Origin: Octopus bimaculoides
Taxonomy: Eukaryota
Length of the DNA: 64,000 nt
Direction: 5' to 3'
Assembly (NCBI RefSeq): GCF_001194135.2
Contig: NC_068984.1
Coordinates: 123,282,416-123,346,415 of the forward strand
The position numbers and the translations under genes were made by a program. Below, one piece after another: positions 40,645-53,034 of this stretch (position 1 is its first letter; every line of letters starts with the position of its first letter). The notes below the pieces were generated by a model that was not told the origin of the DNA, made no database searches, and worked only from the letters and a program-made list of their open reading frames with translations.

Positions 40645-41490
40645 CGTTTAAATAACTTAGCGTGTATAAGATGCCAAAATATTGAACACCATTTATTAAT
40701 CACAAGTCCATTTACAATATGTATTTATCTTACAAAACATCCGACACATACAATATTATATATATATAAATGTATAACAAGCAATAAGACATGGTTCGAT
40801 CTCAGTTCATGGAACTCGATGGCCTTTTTTGTCACAGATTGGGTCTAATATTTCTTACATCTTATAAAGACCATGATATTATATATATATATATACACAC
40901 ACATAATTAGCAATTTAGATATTAATAATACAGACAGATACAGGTATATATATATATATATAAGGTCTTGATGGGTTGAGAGAGAAGACATTGTTGAAAT
41001 ATGGAATCTCCCCGCCTCACTTTTTTATTGAAATAGGATTAAAGATATATTTATATACAGATATTATCCTTTATATATATCTATGAAAGATTAAGTTTTA
41101 GGTATGATGAATTCGTCTGAATGAAAAATTATTATATATTTTTTTCTTTCATCCATCAAAACGGTAACAAGAGAAAGAAGGGGGGGGGACAAGCAACAAG
41201 ATGTCAGCAGACGATAACGAATATATATATATATATATATATATATTAATGTGTGTGTGTGTGTCAATTTGTATAAGAAATAATGGTTATTAGGCTTAAG
41301 AAATGATTGAAAAGAAGAGAATAAACAAGTGTCAACTTACCATAGTGTTAATTATCAATGAAAAAAAAAAGGGGTATTTTGTAATAATAATAATAAGCCG
41401 GGTGTGAGGTGAGCAGTGGCTGGCTTCTTTTACTGTTGTAATGTAATATAAGAGTTAAGACAGCCGCCGTCCCTTAAACTGAACTGGTTA

Positions 41491-41985
41491 GAGAGAGTGA
41501 GAGTGTGCGAGAGAGATAGAGTGATAGATAGACTGGGAAGTGAGAGCGAGATACTAAAACTACAGAGAGAGTATGTGTGTGAGTAATGAAAGGAGGAGTA
41601 ATAGTAAAATAGAGAGGGGTACTGATGAAAGCTATAGTGTGATAGAGAGTGTGTGTGAGGATAAATCGGAGAGAGTGAGAGTGTGCGAGAGAGACAGAGT
41701 GATAGATAGACTGGGAAGTGAGAGCGAGATACTAAAACCACAGAGAGAGTATGTGTATGAGTAATGAAAAGAGGAGTAACGGTGAAATAGAGAGGGGTAC
41801 TGACGAAAGCTATAGTGCGANNNNNNNNNNTAGACTGGGAAGTGAGAGCGAGATACTAAAACTACAGAGAGAGTATGTGTATGAGTAATGAAAGGAGGAG
41901 TAACGGTGAAATAGAGAGGGGTACTGACGAAAGCTATAGTGCGATAGAGAGTGTGTGAGGATAAATCAGAGAGAGTGAGAGAGAG
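41491..41985. repeat. 178-bp tandem repeat, at least 3 units, purine-rich on +, interrupted by a 10-N gap
   Basis: Unit starts at 41491 and 41669; a third partial unit follows the gap at 41831. Confidence 0.9.
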
Positions 41986-44240
41986 AGTGTGTGTTACAGA
42001 GATAGTCGCAAAGGAGGAATGGTAACAGTTATAGTCTAACAGAAAGGGTGTGAATGTAATGCAGGAGGGAGATGAATAAAATAGAAGCAGAAAAGGAGGG
42101 GGAATAGAAATAGTAAGGGGAGGAAGTAAGAGTAAGTACTAGAGGGATAAAGGGAGTAGTAAAGAGGGATAGAGATAGATAGGTAAAAGGTTGTAAAGGG
42201 AGGGAAAAATGGGTGTGCAAACTTTATTACAAAAGAAGGTACTACTAGTCTTAGTACGACTAGTAGTAGTAGTATTTACTATTTATTTTTCTCTCTATCT
42301 ATAACCTGTTTTACACTGGCTTGCCTTACTATAGTATAATAGAGAGGGTTGTCTTTTATTTAAAAAAAAAAAAGATACAACTGGTAATATAGAGCTCGTA
42401 GGGGAATCTTGACTGTTGAATTTACAAGATGGCGACAGCGGCGTTGTTGATGGTGACAAAATGGCGGTGGTGGCTGCTGCTGTGTTGCTACATACTGTTG
42501 CTGCTGCTGCTGCTGTTGCTAGTGCTGGTACTGCGACGGTTGCTGCTGCTATTGTCAGTGTAACGCATTGATACTGACACACGTATATACACTCATCGAT
42601 AAAGCCGCGTACATACTCACACACAACGCATACATTTACGTATTAAGCAAACACACCCATGCCTATACTGATACACACGCACACACATGTGTTCACACTG
42701 TTGATAGTGTGACATAATGGGTTATAGTGTAGGACAGCTAGAAGCTACGTCACATTCATAAAACACATACATACATAGTCACACACATATGTACACGCGA
42801 AGTCCTCTTCCCATTACTCTTACTTTATTCTACCTACATTGAGGAGGAGGAGGAGGAAGGGGATTGTCTCTGAAGAGTTTGATCGCGGATGGACACGAGA
42901 TAGACTAAGATAAAGACAAGAGAGAGAAAGAGAGAGAATTAAATTTAAGAGTTAGAAAGTAAACGGTGACAACGATAGATGAAGCGTTAGCAAGGAGAGT
43001 AAAAGATTAAGACAAATAGACAGATACAAAAAAAGGAAAAGAGAATAAGGTAGATTAAATCGATGGAATACAAGAGAAGANNNNNNNNNNNNNNNNNNNN
43101 NNNNNNNNNNNNNNNNNNNNNNNNNNNNNNNNNNNNNNNNNNNNNNNNNNNNNNNNNNNNNNNNNNNNNNNNNNNNNNNNNNNNNNNNNNNNNNNNNNNN
43201 NNNNNNNNNNNNNNNNNNNNNNNNNNNNNGGAGTGAAGCTATCAATAAAGGGAGTGTCTTTAACTTTTATGAGGCACACTGTCTTCACTATAACTATGTA
43301 CGTGCTACATGTTATCCATGTATGTGTGTGACATTTTGTAAGTTTACATATGCATATGTATGTTATTTTCTGTGCGCGCGCGCACACACGTATATGTATG
43401 TATGTATGTATGTTCCTGTTGGTATAACCAAGCGTGTGTATGGTTCCCTGTATGTGTTTGTCTAAACACATATTTGACAACGTTACTTATATTCTATTAA
43501 ACACATATACACACACACACACAGATACAACAAATATATTTTTGCCGGTATATAAGGGTGTGTGCTACAATTTCAACATGTGTCCTCACACACACACACA
43601 TACACACACACACACACACATATCTCCTTAAACACACACATTTATCACAAATATGTATACATATGTATTGTATATGTACATATATATATATCTATATATA
43701 CATATACATATATATATCATGTCAAAGCTTGACTACATATGAAGAAACTATAAATGAATATGTATACACACATACACATATCTATATGTATGTGTGAATA
43801 CATACATACACAGACACACATACATATAAATACACATACATACATATATATAAATACACACACATACACACATATATATACATATGCATACATTGCCGCA
43901 ATATAATACACGTATGCTCAAATGTATTGGGTACTTATTACTGATGCAGTTGATATTCATCCGCGTTATGGCTCCCTCCCCCAATTATCGATATCCCATT
44001 CCTGGCTGCTCTCTTTCTATTTCTATATTTATCTAGTTTATCTCTCTTCTACTCCTCTTTCTATATATTACTATTTATCTATTTCGCTTTCAATGCTTTC
44101 CCTCCATTTTTACCCCCCGTCATGTAAACGATTTATTAAAATCCTGACTGCCATAAGAGAAAGACAAGACAAAAAAATCGAATTGCAGGAAATTAGAGTA
44201 GATTTATGAAAAAAAAAAAAAAAAATAAATACGCACACAT

Positions 44241-44273
<33 letters not shown>

Positions 44274-44867
44274 TATTATTTTAATTTAGTTTTGTGATCG
44301 GAAGCTTGCTCTATATCACTTTCTTGGGTTTCAACTGAACAGAAGCCATTAAGAATCAGTAAATAACGAATTTGCAGGTTTTTATTTCATACTGGAAAAA
44401 GAACACCTCCCCCCTTGTTATTCCTTCTCTCAATTTAATCGAACATTAAAAATAATAATAATATTGATCGATGATATAGCAATAGTGTTGATCATCATGA
44501 TCAGAATCAACATTAATAGAATTAATAACGGCAATAATGATTATTATTACGAATATCATAATAAGCAACCGTAATAGCGTCATTTGCAACGCGGCAAAGT
44601 GGACTATTTTTTGTTGCATTTAAAAAAAAACAAAAACATTTTTCTCTCTCTTTCTAATCCTTCATTTTTTCCTTCTTTCTATCGTTTCCCCTTAAATATT
44701 ATCACTCTATCGTTTTTCTTTTTTGCTTCATCCACTCACTATGTAGCTTTCTGTTTTTCTCTGTCTCATTCTATTTACGCGCGTCAACGTTAGATGATGA
44801 AGAGAAAGAAAAAAGAAGAGATGAGAGAATTTGAAAAAAAAAAAGAATATGTATGCGTGTATGTACG

Positions 44868-44916
<49 letters not shown>

Positions 44917-45000
44917 AAATATCTATGTAATTGTATGCGTAAGTGTATAAAACAAGGTGTGCTGCGGTGCGTCTGCTCAGTGTTAGGGCGCCAACATTTA

Positions 45001-45121
45001 TAACTGAAACCATAGCAACGACGTTTTTCATTGGTCAGTTCACACCTGCAATGCGACAGTAGTCGTCACTGCAGCTACAACAGTGGAGCTTCTACTGCTA
45101 CAGTGATGGCGGCATGTGAGT
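45001..45121 (+). promoter_or_regulatory. Candidate promoter and first coding exon of an unidentified + strand gene
   Basis: RFX X-box half-site CCATAGCAAC at 45010-45019, inverted CCAAT (ATTGG) at 45030-45034, and YY1/Kozak-like GATGGCGGC with ATG at 45106, then ATG GCG GCA T|GTGAGT (donor at 45116). Locally CpG-rich. Confidence 0.4.
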
Positions 45122-45980
45122 GTCTGTGCGTATGCGTGTGTGTGTTGGTGTATAGCTATATGTGAGAATGAGTGCGTCAATATGTATGTATGTGTGTGCG
45201 TGTATGTGTGTCTGTGTGCGAATCGGCGTATATGAGGGCGGTTTATGTGATTTTTATGTATGTCTATGTGTATAACAATATGAATATATATATATGTATG
45301 TATATATATATATTTTCATATATGTAGTATACACGTATCTATACAATATATAGCTGCCTCACTTTTTCTCTATATACATAATTCTGTTACGTTGTTTCAA
45401 ATACTCGAATCTTTATTCTTTCTTCTCTCCATCTCATATATATATATGTATATATGTATGTATATGTACATATATATACACATATATATATATACATATA
45501 TACACATATATGTGTGAATGTATGTATGTGTGTGTATAAATATATACGGGTATGTGTATGCGTGTTATATCCACGTGTGTAGCGGCGTATGTAGAGAGAA
45601 AAGGCGGCTATGGCTGCCAAACATTTAATACACCAAACGACAGCAAATCGACGACTTTTTCTTTCTCTTGATGGCTTTTTCAATCGGATGGATGGAGGAG
45701 ACTCCACATTAATTCTCTTAATTACAGCACCACCAGCATTTTGGTGACTATTGTCTTGTCTTTTGTGTGAATGCATGTGTAGTGTGTGTGTGTGTATGTG
45801 TGTGTGTGTGTGTATGTGTGGTGTGTGTGTACGCGTGCATTTTATATATATATTATGTATAATATATGTATACATTTCTTCGTATATTGTTTCCTTTACA
45901 ACACTAGTAGAAACAATTTTGATGCATATATATAATATATATGTGTGTGCGCGTTCGCATTTGGTGATCTCTCTATCTGC

Positions 45981-46014
<34 letters not shown>

Positions 46015-46205
46015 ATCTATCTGTCTGTCTGATATCTTTATATATACTTCTATGCATGCATATCCATGCACTAAACTCTTCAGAAATGTACAAGTATATG
46101 AATTATGTATGTATATATATATCACTACTTATCGCTCTCTTTCTCATATATACTCGCATTTTCGTCCACATACGTATACACTTAATTACACACAATATAA
46201 ATGTT

Positions 46206-46275
<70 letters not shown>

Positions 46276-46573
46276 TATGTGTGTTTATGTGTGTGTATGT
46301 GTGTACTACTATGTGTATATTTGTTTCGTAGTTAAGTGCATTATTATATATCGGCGTTTGGTGATGTCATTCGGCTGCGAAAAAGATCACATACACACTA
46401 CGTATGTGCATAATATATACACATATTTAAACATACATTATGGTTGCATATATTATGTACATGTATGTGCGTATATATATATTTACATGCACACGTATAT
46501 TGTATGTATGTATATATATNNNNNNNNNNNNNNNNNNNNNNNNNNNNNNNNNNNNNNNNNNNNNNNNNNNNNN

Positions 46574-46606
<33 letters not shown>

Positions 46607-49041
46607 GTGTTTATATATACACGAATATACGGATTACAACACGAATATGCATACACATGTGTATATGCATATACATATGTAAATGCATATATACGTATAT
46701 ATACATATATATGTGTATATTATATACATATATTGTGTGTATATGTATACATACATACATACATACATACATAGCACACACACGCGCACATTGATCCAAA
46801 GCGTTTGTCGATCAATAAATAATATCTATAAAGAAGTGTGCTCGAGATATAAGCGGATGTGAAACTAATCAACCATTGGTTAAGGTGCAACTAAAGCCTG
46901 TCTTCCCTGAATCCCCGTAGCATTTTCAGTAACTCTTTAAAAATGACGACTGTAAAGGGCTTTGTACGAGTCCACATTTCAAATCTCGCTCATATGGTTG
47001 TTTTAGTGAGTGGGTGTGTACAGAAGACAACCAGTACACACACACTTATATATAGTAGTGTTCGTGCATACTCTGTTACTCAAACTTCAAAGTGAAACGT
47101 GATGTCTGCACATATGTAGATGCCACTCAACTCTTTCACCTGGATATCAGCAACGACTTCCATTTACTCTGGTTCAAAGTTTCTCTACCTCCCTACTTTT
47201 AGAAATATTTCTCTTTTTCTACCATTCCCTGAACTCCTTTAATCTCCAATATTCATATTTCGCCCTTCGCTGAGTGCATCTATCTCACTTCAATTGTCAT
47301 GTTTGTCGTTTACCCCTTTCTGAATTCATTGTTCTCTGTGACAACGGCTTTTAGTTCTCACAGTCATCCTATGATGATGTCGCCGACGTAGAAACCGAAT
47401 CAAATCTTTAAGCAATCCTTAACTGTCTACAAAAGTTAGTTTCATTCTCTACACGCATCCCTGACTAGTACACAGACACTTCAAGCATCCTTGATTTCTT
47501 TCTTATCCACGAATCTAATTGCTATCGTCTCCGCATCGATCTTGTCTTTCGACTGCCGCATCGCGACTGCTCACCACACATCCTCATATGCATTTCCAGT
47601 CATATAACTATTTTATGGTGGAATTTGGCGAAGATTGTTTGAGAGTTATTGAAGGAGCGTGCTTTTGCATTTAGCGTGATTGTGCATGTGATCGTGAGCC
47701 TAGTAGAGTGGAAAGGGATGATACTATATTTATCAGTCTCATGAAGATCATTGCTTTATTTATGGTTACATTTATGCCATAAGGTCGATTATGCCACATT
47801 ATGTTCTTGTATCTATGTTTAATGCTTTATAGATTTGGTTTTCCCAAAGCATTTCGGCTTTTAACTTTGTCATTGAAACCACTTCTTGTCAAGGTTCTGT
47901 TACAGAGTAGGCAAACATTGATTAAGAATTTTCTTATCTGACTGATAGCTTTGATCTGTTCATATTATATGTCACAAAATTTGCTTCTGTTTGGTAATCT
48001 ACTTCTTTTGCAAAAGATGGAGTGGAGGCATTTACAAAATGCCATTTGGTGAAAAGGAGAGTTGAGAACTACTGTGCAATATCTATCGAGGACTTTCTCT
48101 TTACTTTCTGAGATAAAAAAAGCACATAAGTGTATGAGAGTGTGAATATGTGCGTGTATGTGTTCATGCCACACACACACATCGTGTTGTAGATGAGCTC
48201 TTGTTGCGTTTTTCATGTCAACGAATCATCTTAAACATTTGTATTGTAGCACGGTTTAGGGCTGTCGCGAGAAAGATCTGTCTGTCTGTCAGTCTGTCAG
48301 TCTGTCTGCCTCTCTGTCTACCTGTATGTCTATGTGTCTGTGTGTGTGCTTGTATGTGTGTGCGTTCACGCGCGCGTGTGTATTATATTTTTTGTACATA
48401 TTCTGTTTTTTTATATCATGCTTTTTGTATAATTCTGAACCACACACACACACATACACACACATACATATATGTGTATATATACATACACACACACATA
48501 TATTTTACTGTATACACACACATATACATATATATATATGTATATATACATATACACACATATTTTACTGTACACACACACACAAATACACACCCACTTA
48601 CACGCAGTGCAAGACTATTTTAGGACTCCACCCATCAATTATTAAAAGCCCAAAACTGCATAATCTTAAATATTTATCTATTATCAAAGATTAAGATGGA
48701 TTTTAAACTTTTTTTCTGAGAAGTACTTTGTGTGTCTTTTTATGAGCTAAGTTTCGTATGATATATCTGTAATCAATTTTTCGGCTGAATTCCTATTCAA
48801 TGGTGAAGCTAGCTAATGTTGCCAGACGACCTTGCGACATGATTTTTATGTAATATTTTGTTTCATTAATTTAAGGAGGATGTGTGTTATTACATTCATA
48901 TGAATTTGGTTGTATGCTTTGTAGAGGTTACTGGAATGTCCTGTAGGAATAGACTGACCCCCCCCCCCCCGAGTCATAAGAAGGGTTCTTGTGATTTTCT
49001 AGGTACCACATTGTGATATAACTTACTGTTATATGGTAATG

Positions 49042-49264
49042 TACGAGTGGGTGCTGAAAAGTTCCTGGCTTTACGGGTATCGCGAAAGGCCTGGTTTGAG
49101 GCTCAGCTTTCTGAGTTCTTTTACAGGGCTTTAAAAAAGACTGAAGGGCTGCTGTAATAAGTGTGTGAATCTGAGAGGAGAATATGTTGAATAAAATTAT
49201 AACTAACTGATCCTCCTGTATTTTCTTTTACTCGAAGCCAGAAACTTTTCAGCACACCCTCGTA
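49042..49264 (+). mobile_element. 223-bp mariner-derived MITE (internal deletion derivative)
   Basis: Terminal 30-mers TACGAGTGGGTGCTGAAAAGTTCCTGGCTT and (reverse complement) TACGAGGGTGTGCTGAAAAGTTTCTGGCTT are 27/30 identical, with TA at both ends. It retains the transposase end CNKCVNLRGEYVE* (49153-49194). Confidence 0.88.
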
Positions 49265-49744
49265 CGGCTGTACAGTCCATCTAGTTGTAAATAAGTTCCA
49301 CATAGCGGAATAGCTCACTGTAGAAAGTAGGTACTATACGTTAGGTACAACACAAATAACTGTAAAATAAGTCTCCTCATCATGTGAAGGTGCATGCCTC
49401 AGTGGTTAGAGCGTGGGGCTCTCAGTGATGAGGTTGTGAGTTCGATTCCCGCACCGGGCTGTGTGTTGTGTTCTTGAGCAAGACGCTTTATTTCACGTTG
49501 CTCCAGTTCGCTCAGCTGTAGAAATGAGTTGCGACATCACTGGTGTCAAGCTATATCAGTCTTTGCCTTTCCCTTGGATAACATCGGTGGCGTGGAGAGA
49601 GGAGGCTGGTATGTATGGGCGACTGCTGGTCTTCCATAAATAACCTTGGCCGGACTTGTGCCTCGGAGGGGAACTTTCTAGGTGCAATCCCATGGCCATT
49701 CACGATTGAAGGGGGTCTACCTTTTTATCCTCACTTATGATCGT

Positions 49745-49905
49745 AAATGTTGAGTAATGACCGAAAGAGCATGATCGTGAATACAAGCGGCCGAAATGGG
49801 ATTTCTTCGAAGGATCTCTGGAGCAACCTTGCTTAATAGGGTGTATAACTCGGAGATCAGCGAGTCTCCCAAGTCGAACCGCTACTTCTTATGTAGGATT
49901 GGAGT
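49745..49905 (+). mobile_element. RTE-clade (Rex3/Expander-like) RT C-terminal fragment
   Basis: VMTERA*S*IQAAEMGFLRRISGATLLNRVYNSEI matches the recalled W.MTER.RS.IQAAEM.FLRR..G..L..RV.NS.IR. Confidence 0.75.
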
Positions 49906-50215
49906 CAAACTAGGACAGCGCTGTGCTGATGACGCTTATTTTGGCTGAACATTCTCACATCTGTCATTCTGCTTCTCGAAGAACAAACAGGTTGTTTTTT
50001 CCTTCATGGCTTGGTAATTCCAGCCTTAATAGCATGGTAATTCATGATTAACCCTTTGAAGTTATCTTCTCTTTTATTTAGAATTGGCTGCAACTACCAT
50101 TAGGTTTTTTTAATCTTCTCTCGAAGCAAGATAGTTTCAATAAATCAAGAATTAATTTTTTATGGTATTTAGTATACCTTTCTTCATATTTGTTGTCCAA
50201 ACTAATGGCATAGGC

Positions 50216-50295
<80 letters not shown>

Positions 50296-50298
50296 CTG

Positions 50299-50355
<57 letters not shown>

Positions 50356-50778
50356 CAATTTTTCGAATGAAGTTTGAAAATTTCCGTGCTCTCATCGAAC
50401 ACTATATTATTGCTCTGCTGTATTACTGTATTCTGAAACGGATTTTAAAAGTAGAATTTGATACTTATGTTTTGATAAATGTGCTGTCATTGTAAATCTT
50501 GTGTTTCCGAGTAGAGATCGTGTTGCTCCGCCCAACCAAATACAATTTGTAATATAACCTCTATATATGTGGTTACATGACGAGAAAATTTCTGGTGTCA
50601 TGAAGAAAGTAAAATATTAACTTTAGGTGATAAATTGGAAGTTATAAAAGGATTTGAAAATGGCGACGATGAAAGCAAAAATAAACAGAAGCAACAACAC
50701 GAAAAATTTGAAGGAAAACAGATGTTGATGCAGAAAAAAATTAAATTGTATTAACTTCTGGTCTGCAAGGAACTAACT

Positions 50779-51101
50779 GATACTCCGTCGGTTACGACGA
50801 CGAAGGTTCTAGCTGATCCGACCAATTGAACAGCCTGCTCGTGAAATTGCCGAGCAAGTGACTGGGCATTCCACAGATATGCGTACTCTTAACGTAGTTC
50901 TCAGGAAGATTCAGCATGACAGAGAAAGTGACCAGACTGGCTTTTTTGAAATACAGGTAGAACTAATTTTTGCCAGCTGAGTGGGTTGAAGCAACGTGAA
51001 AATAAAGTGTCTTGCTCAAGGACACAATGTGTCGTCGGGAATCGAACTCAGTATCTTACGATCCTGAGCTGAATACCCTAACCACTAAGCCACTTGCTTT
51101 C
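50779..51101 (-). mobile_element. SINE family C, CORE-like middle, tail type 3
   Basis: Same head and middle as the 605 and 49384 copies; tail shared with the 57086-57469 copy. Confidence 0.8.
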
Positions 51102-53034
51102 GTTTCGCAGTGAACTAGAAATAGAAGCAGTATCATTACTGAAATAGAACGTCTTTTGGTCTTCTGGACAGAAGATTGCAACCAGCAACGAATTTATCTA
51201 AGCACTATGATAATTATATTGCTTTTAAATTTTGGTGCAAGGTCAGCAATTATATTGACCCCAGTGCTCGACTGAGATATATTTTATCGATTCCGAGAGG
51301 ACGAAAAGCAAAGTTGATCTCGGCGGAATTTGAACTCAGAACGTAATGAGTCGGAAAAAATAACTCTAAGCATTTTCTCCAACGCTCTAACGATTCTGCC
51401 AGTTCACTGCCTTAAATGGTTTTAAATTTCGGCTCAAGGCCAGCACTTTAAATGGGTAGGGCCAAGTCGATTTCATCGACCCAATACTCAAATGATACTT
51501 ATTTTATCGATCTTGTACGGGTGAAAGGCAAAATCAATCTCGGCGGAAATTGAACTCAGAGCGTAAAGAGCCGGTAGTAGTGGAGCTAAGAATTTGGTCC
51601 GACATGCTAATGACTCACCCAATTACTATAATCCTTTCTACTATAGGCACAAGGCTTGAAATTTTGTGGGAGGGGACTAGTCGATTATATCCATTCCAGC
51701 ATTTAACTGGTATTTGCTTGATCGACCACGAAAGGATGAAAGGCAAATTCGACTTTGAACGTTCTGGGTTCAAATTCCGCCGAAGGCAAATTCGACTTCG
51801 GCGGAATTTGAACCCAGAACGTTCAAAGACGGACGAAATATCCTTTTCTACTCTTGGCACAAGGCCAGAAAAATTTTTTTTGGTGGGGGGAAGGAGCCAG
51901 TCGATTAGATCGACCCCAGTACACAACTGGTACTTAATTTATCGACCCTGAAAGGATGAAAGGCAAAGTCGACCTCGGCGGAATTTGAACTCAGAACGTG
52001 ACCCTGAAAGGATGAAAGGCAAAGTCGACCTCGGCGGAATTTGAACTCAGAACGTAAAGACAGACGAAATACCGCTAAGCATTTCACCTGATGTGCTAAC
52101 GATTCCGCCAACTCGCCACCTTAATTATTACAATAATGAAAGTTTAAAGCATTTTCTATACATTGAAAGATACAGAAAACGAAAGGAAATTAGATTGGAA
52201 TAAGAACTGTAGAGTCTTTTATTACTTTTATTCAAAACTGAAAGAGGAACTTTCAGTGTTATAGGCGCAAGCATGACTGTGTGATTATAAAGCTAACTTT
52301 GCAATCCCGCAGTTTCGGTTTCAGTACCGTTGCACGAGGGCCGCTGGCGATTTCTTCTCCTCCTTCTTTGAACTTTTTCCCTTTCTCCTTTCCGACGGAA
52401 AGCTATGCTCGAAACGTTCAACTTTCTCCTTTCACCGATCGTCAAGCTTATATACCTCTTGTTCACGCCTCACGTTCGTTGTTTTTCTTTTCTTTTTTCC
52501 TTTTTTAACAGTTTATTTAAATTCCTTGTTTATTTGAACCGACTATATATATATATATGTATGTGTATATATATATATATATATNNNNNNNNNNNNNNNN
52601 NNNNNNNNNNNNNNNNNNNNNNNNNNNNNNNNNNNNNNNNNNNNNNNNNNNNNNNNNNNNNNNNNNNNNNNNNNNNNNNNNNNNNNNNNNNNNNNNNNNN
52701 NNNNNNNNNNNNNNNNNNNNNNNNNNNNNNNNNNNNNNNNNNNNNNNNNNNNNNNNNNNNNNNNNNNNNNNNNNNNNNNNNNNNNNNNNNNNNNNNNNNN
52801 NNNNNNNNNNNNNNNNNNNNNNNNNNNNNNNNNNNNNNNNNNNNNNNNNNNNNNNNNNNNNNNNNNNNNNNNNNNNNNNNNNNNNNNNNGTCTCCACCCC
52901 ACTATTTGACAGTCGGTTTTGATTTATTTACGTCCCGTACCTTAGCGTTTCGGTAAAGGAGACCTGTAGAATAAGTACCAGACTTAAAAAAAAAAAATGT
53001 ACTGTAGTCAATTTGCTCGCTCGACAAAACCGTT

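Noticed and set aside
42429-42563. 44-aa Leu-rich ORF with good Kozak context (MATAALLMVTKWRWWLLL...)
   Set aside because: The hydrophobicity comes from a decayed (GCT/GTT)n tract, and the alternative frames are equally low-complexity.
45387-45875. 162-aa minus ORF with a basic and hydrophobic core (…RKSRRFAVVWCIKCLAAIAAFSLY…)
   Set aside because: Both ends are microsatellite-derived, and the unique core has no recognisable homology or clear splice boundaries.
47100-47620. Possible LINE endonuclease-domain fossil
   Set aside because: Only vague motif echoes (DF.L.W, LDF.L) across frameshifts; not supportable without an HMM search.
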